DNA of 6,068 nucleotides from a virus (Duplodnaviria; Heunggongvirae; Uroviricota; Caudoviricetes): IMG/VR virus record IMGVR_UViG_2740892426_000002; one strand, 5' to 3'. Shown piece by piece: positions 4,129 to 6,068 of this stretch (position 1 is its first letter; each line of letters starts with the position of its first letter). The notes under the pieces were generated by a model. It saw only the letters and a program-made list of their open reading frames with translations, ran no database searches and was not told where the DNA came from. The position numbers and the translations under genes were made by a program.

Positions 4129-6068
4129 TTAACTATCCTTTTCAGGTAGTTTTACAACATAAGTCCTTATTGTTTTCTCATATGTATTTTTGCTATTCGT
4201 TATTTTGGCCTTAATCCAGTGATAACCACTTTCATAGGTGCTGAATTCCGAAGCTGCATTACCTGTCCAGTGTAACGTTACTGTAGCAGGCTCCATTTTG
4301 ACCCGTTGAGAGTCTGGACTATCTTCACTACCAGCAGAAAACTCAACCGTACCAGATAATGGGTTTCCAAAATGATCGACAAATCGAGCATAAATACCTA
4401 CTGGAGAGCCATCGTTTGTCTCATAACCAGGATCTTTTGTTAGAGTCAATACTCCATTTGCGTCATCAGCGTACAGGGAGAATGATTTCACCGCGCTAAC
4501 ATCACTGCCAAGTTCGTTTAAGGTCGCCGTTAATTTATACGAACCAACCGTTCGACCATGTACGCTTACCGTAGCCTGACCGTTCTCATCAGTCGTTACT
4601 GTGGTTTTATCAACCACCAACGCACCATATTTAGACGGCCCAGATGTCTTAACATTCAATGCTCGACCACTTAATGCTTCGCCTGACTTACTTTTCAACA
4701 GTAACGTAAATACCAGATTGTTGGTATCGCTCACTACAGCCGAAGATGCAGATGATGTGATCTCCAACACAGCCCCCTTCACATCCGTCACGGCATCAAT
4801 ATTCTGGCTTGCGGTTATGCGTTTCCCATCCAGAACATACTCGGCCTGAATTGTGTACTGGCCTGATTTCGATGCAGTGAACTGCGTTGTTGCCTGTCCA
4901 TGAGCATCCAGTTGCAGATTACTACTGGTCAATGATGCTCCCGTCGATGGTGTAATCGTTAAATCCACCTCACCTGTAAACGCATTGTTATTCGCATCAA
5001 CCAACTGAATGTTTACTGTTGCGTTTTCACTGCCATCGGCCACAATCTCCTGTTTTGATACACTCATAGTAAGTTCTGCAGAAGCAACATCGGGCACAAA
5101 AGTTAACTTAACGCTGCCAGATTCCACGCTATGGGAACCGTCAGTCACCCGTGCAGTCACCGTGTACTCACCAGCTTTCACCGTTGTAAGCGGAACAGAA
5201 ACATGCCCTGTTGAATCAGTCACGATATTTGTTGGTACAGATAATCCTTCAGATGAGGTGATGAGCTGAATCTTTTGCCCATTGACCGACGCATTCGTAT
5301 TTGTCAGCTGCACATCTAATACCGCTGCATCCTTACCATTAGCAGGAATATTGGAAATTAAACTACTGCTTTCAGGCGTCAGTGACAGTGAAGCTCCGGT
5401 CATATTTGATGCAAAGGTCACTGTTAACTCAGTAGACATCTGAGAACCAGCATGAGCTGTAATCACGTAAGACCCCGGAGTGGAGCTTATTAACGCAAAA
5501 ATAGCATTACCATTTTCGTCAGTTGAAACAGCATGTTCACCACCAACTTGAGTTATCCCTGCTGGTAAAGACAATGTGACAGCATAACCAGGAACAACAT
5601 TGCCGAAACGGTCCGCAAGGCTTACAGTTACCATATTTCTCTGTTTTCCATCAGCCAATGCATTATTTTGGCTGGCTTCAAACTGAGAGAATGTAACCTG
5701 CTGCCGGTCCTCAATAAAGGTGATTTCTTTCTTAACACCTGAGAAATCATGACTATCAGATTTAACACCGATAGTAATCTTACCAGCTCGTTTTGAAGTT
5801 ACTGTCGCGCTATAGACACCGTCTTTTTCCGTTACAGTCCCAAACTCGACTCCTTCTGCCTGGTTAAGAGCATAAAAGCTCAGAGTGTTATCACCAGTGA
5901 TTGCATTTCCTTGTGAATCCTTCACTGCCAGTTGTAGATTGATATTGTAACCAACTACCTGTTCTGCTGGTGCAGCGGTTAAAACAGCACTGACCTCAGA
6001 ATCAGGTTCTGTTGCTGCTGTTTGCTTAATACTGAGAGTAAATGTTTTTCCCTGAACTTTTGCAGTTA
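4129..6068 (-). CDS. Large surface adhesin with tandem bacterial Ig-like (Big_1, invasin/intimin-type) domains, C-terminal 646 codons; the 5' end lies beyond the window
   Basis: Hand translation shows the minus-strand frame stays open from the ORF-track GTG at 5925 to the window edge (…TFTLSIKQTAATEPDSEVSAVLTAAPAEQVVGYNINLQLAVKDSQGNAITGD…), so the gene continues upstream. Stop TAA at 4131-4129. At least five tandem repeats of about 95-100 aa show Big_1-like patterns, e.g. ALADGKQRNMVTVSLADRFGNVVPGYAVTL...STDENGNAIFALISSTPGSYVITAHAG and IVADGSENATVNIQLVDANNNAFTGEVDLTI...LDAHGQATTQFTASKSGQYTIQAEY. Confidence 0.85.
   Translation of the reverse strand, partial: TAKVQGKTFTLSIKQTAATEPDSEVSAVLTAAPAEQVVGYNINLQLAVKDSQGNAITGDNTLSFYALNQAEGVEFGTVTEKDGVYSATVTSKRAGKITIGVKSDSHDFSGVKKEITFIEDRQQVTFSQFEASQNNALADGKQRNMVTVSLADRFGNVVPGYAVTLSLPAGITQVGGEHAVSTDENGNAIFALISSTPGSYVITAHAGSQMSTELTVTFASNMTGASLSLTPESSSLISNIPANGKDAAVLDVQLTNTNASVNGQKIQLITSSEGLSVPTNIVTDSTGHVSVPLTTVKAGEYTVTARVTDGSHSVESGSVKLTFVPDVASAELTMSVSKQEIVADGSENATVNIQLVDANNNAFTGEVDLTITPSTGASLTSSNLQLDAHGQATTQFTASKSGQYTIQAEYVLDGKRITASQNIDAVTDVKGAVLEITSSASSAVVSDTNNLVFTLLLKSKSGEALSGRALNVKTSGPSKYGALVVDKTTVTTDENGQATVSVHGRTVGSYKLTATLNELGSDVSAVKSFSLYADDANGVLTLTKDPGYETNDGSPVGIYARFVDHFGNPLSGTVEFSAGSEDSPDSQRVKMEPATVTLHWTGNAASEFSTYESGYHWIKAKITNSKNTYEKTIRTYVVKLPEKDS

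Noticed and set aside
4601-5269. Plus-strand ORFs 4601..4849 and 5009..5269 inside the adhesin gene
   Set aside because: Antisense to the long, domain-repeat adhesin reading frame; low-complexity Ser/Thr/Val-rich translations typical of the reverse strand of Ig-repeat genes.

Overview
The window holds the nin-Q segment of a DLP12-like lambdoid (probably cryptic) prophage from an Escherichia-like enterobacterium, joined to an AT-rich non-phage islet. From left to right: (1) the 3' end of a general porin gene (nmpC/Lc-like) on the + strand; (2) a hairpin-dense 230-bp intergenic region with a minus-strand intrinsic terminator and a perfect 42-bp tandem duplication carrying two + strand terminators; (3) a tightly packed minus-strand gene chain ylcH-ybcN-ninE-ybcO-rusA-ylcG-quuD whose junctions overlap (GTGA, TAATG, 8 nt, ATGA, ATGA); (4) an abrupt end of phage-type sequence near 2700-2760 at a sigma70-like promoter overlapped by a perfect 9-bp inverted repeat; (5) an AT-rich spacer with a long interrupted inverted repeat; (6) a lipoprotein-type alpha/beta-hydrolase esterase gene (+); (7) a shared terminator hairpin; (8) the 3' 1.9 kb of a large cysteine-free Big_1 Ig-like repeat adhesin gene (-) that runs off the window. 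No rRNA, tRNA, CRISPR array, integrase or transposase was found. I do not see a clearly novel multi-gene system; the best candidates for follow-up are the esterase-adhesin pair, the duplicated terminator region and the inverted-repeat promoter at the prophage boundary. All family assignments come from reading the translations by eye and from recalled gene order in DLP12; no database search was run.
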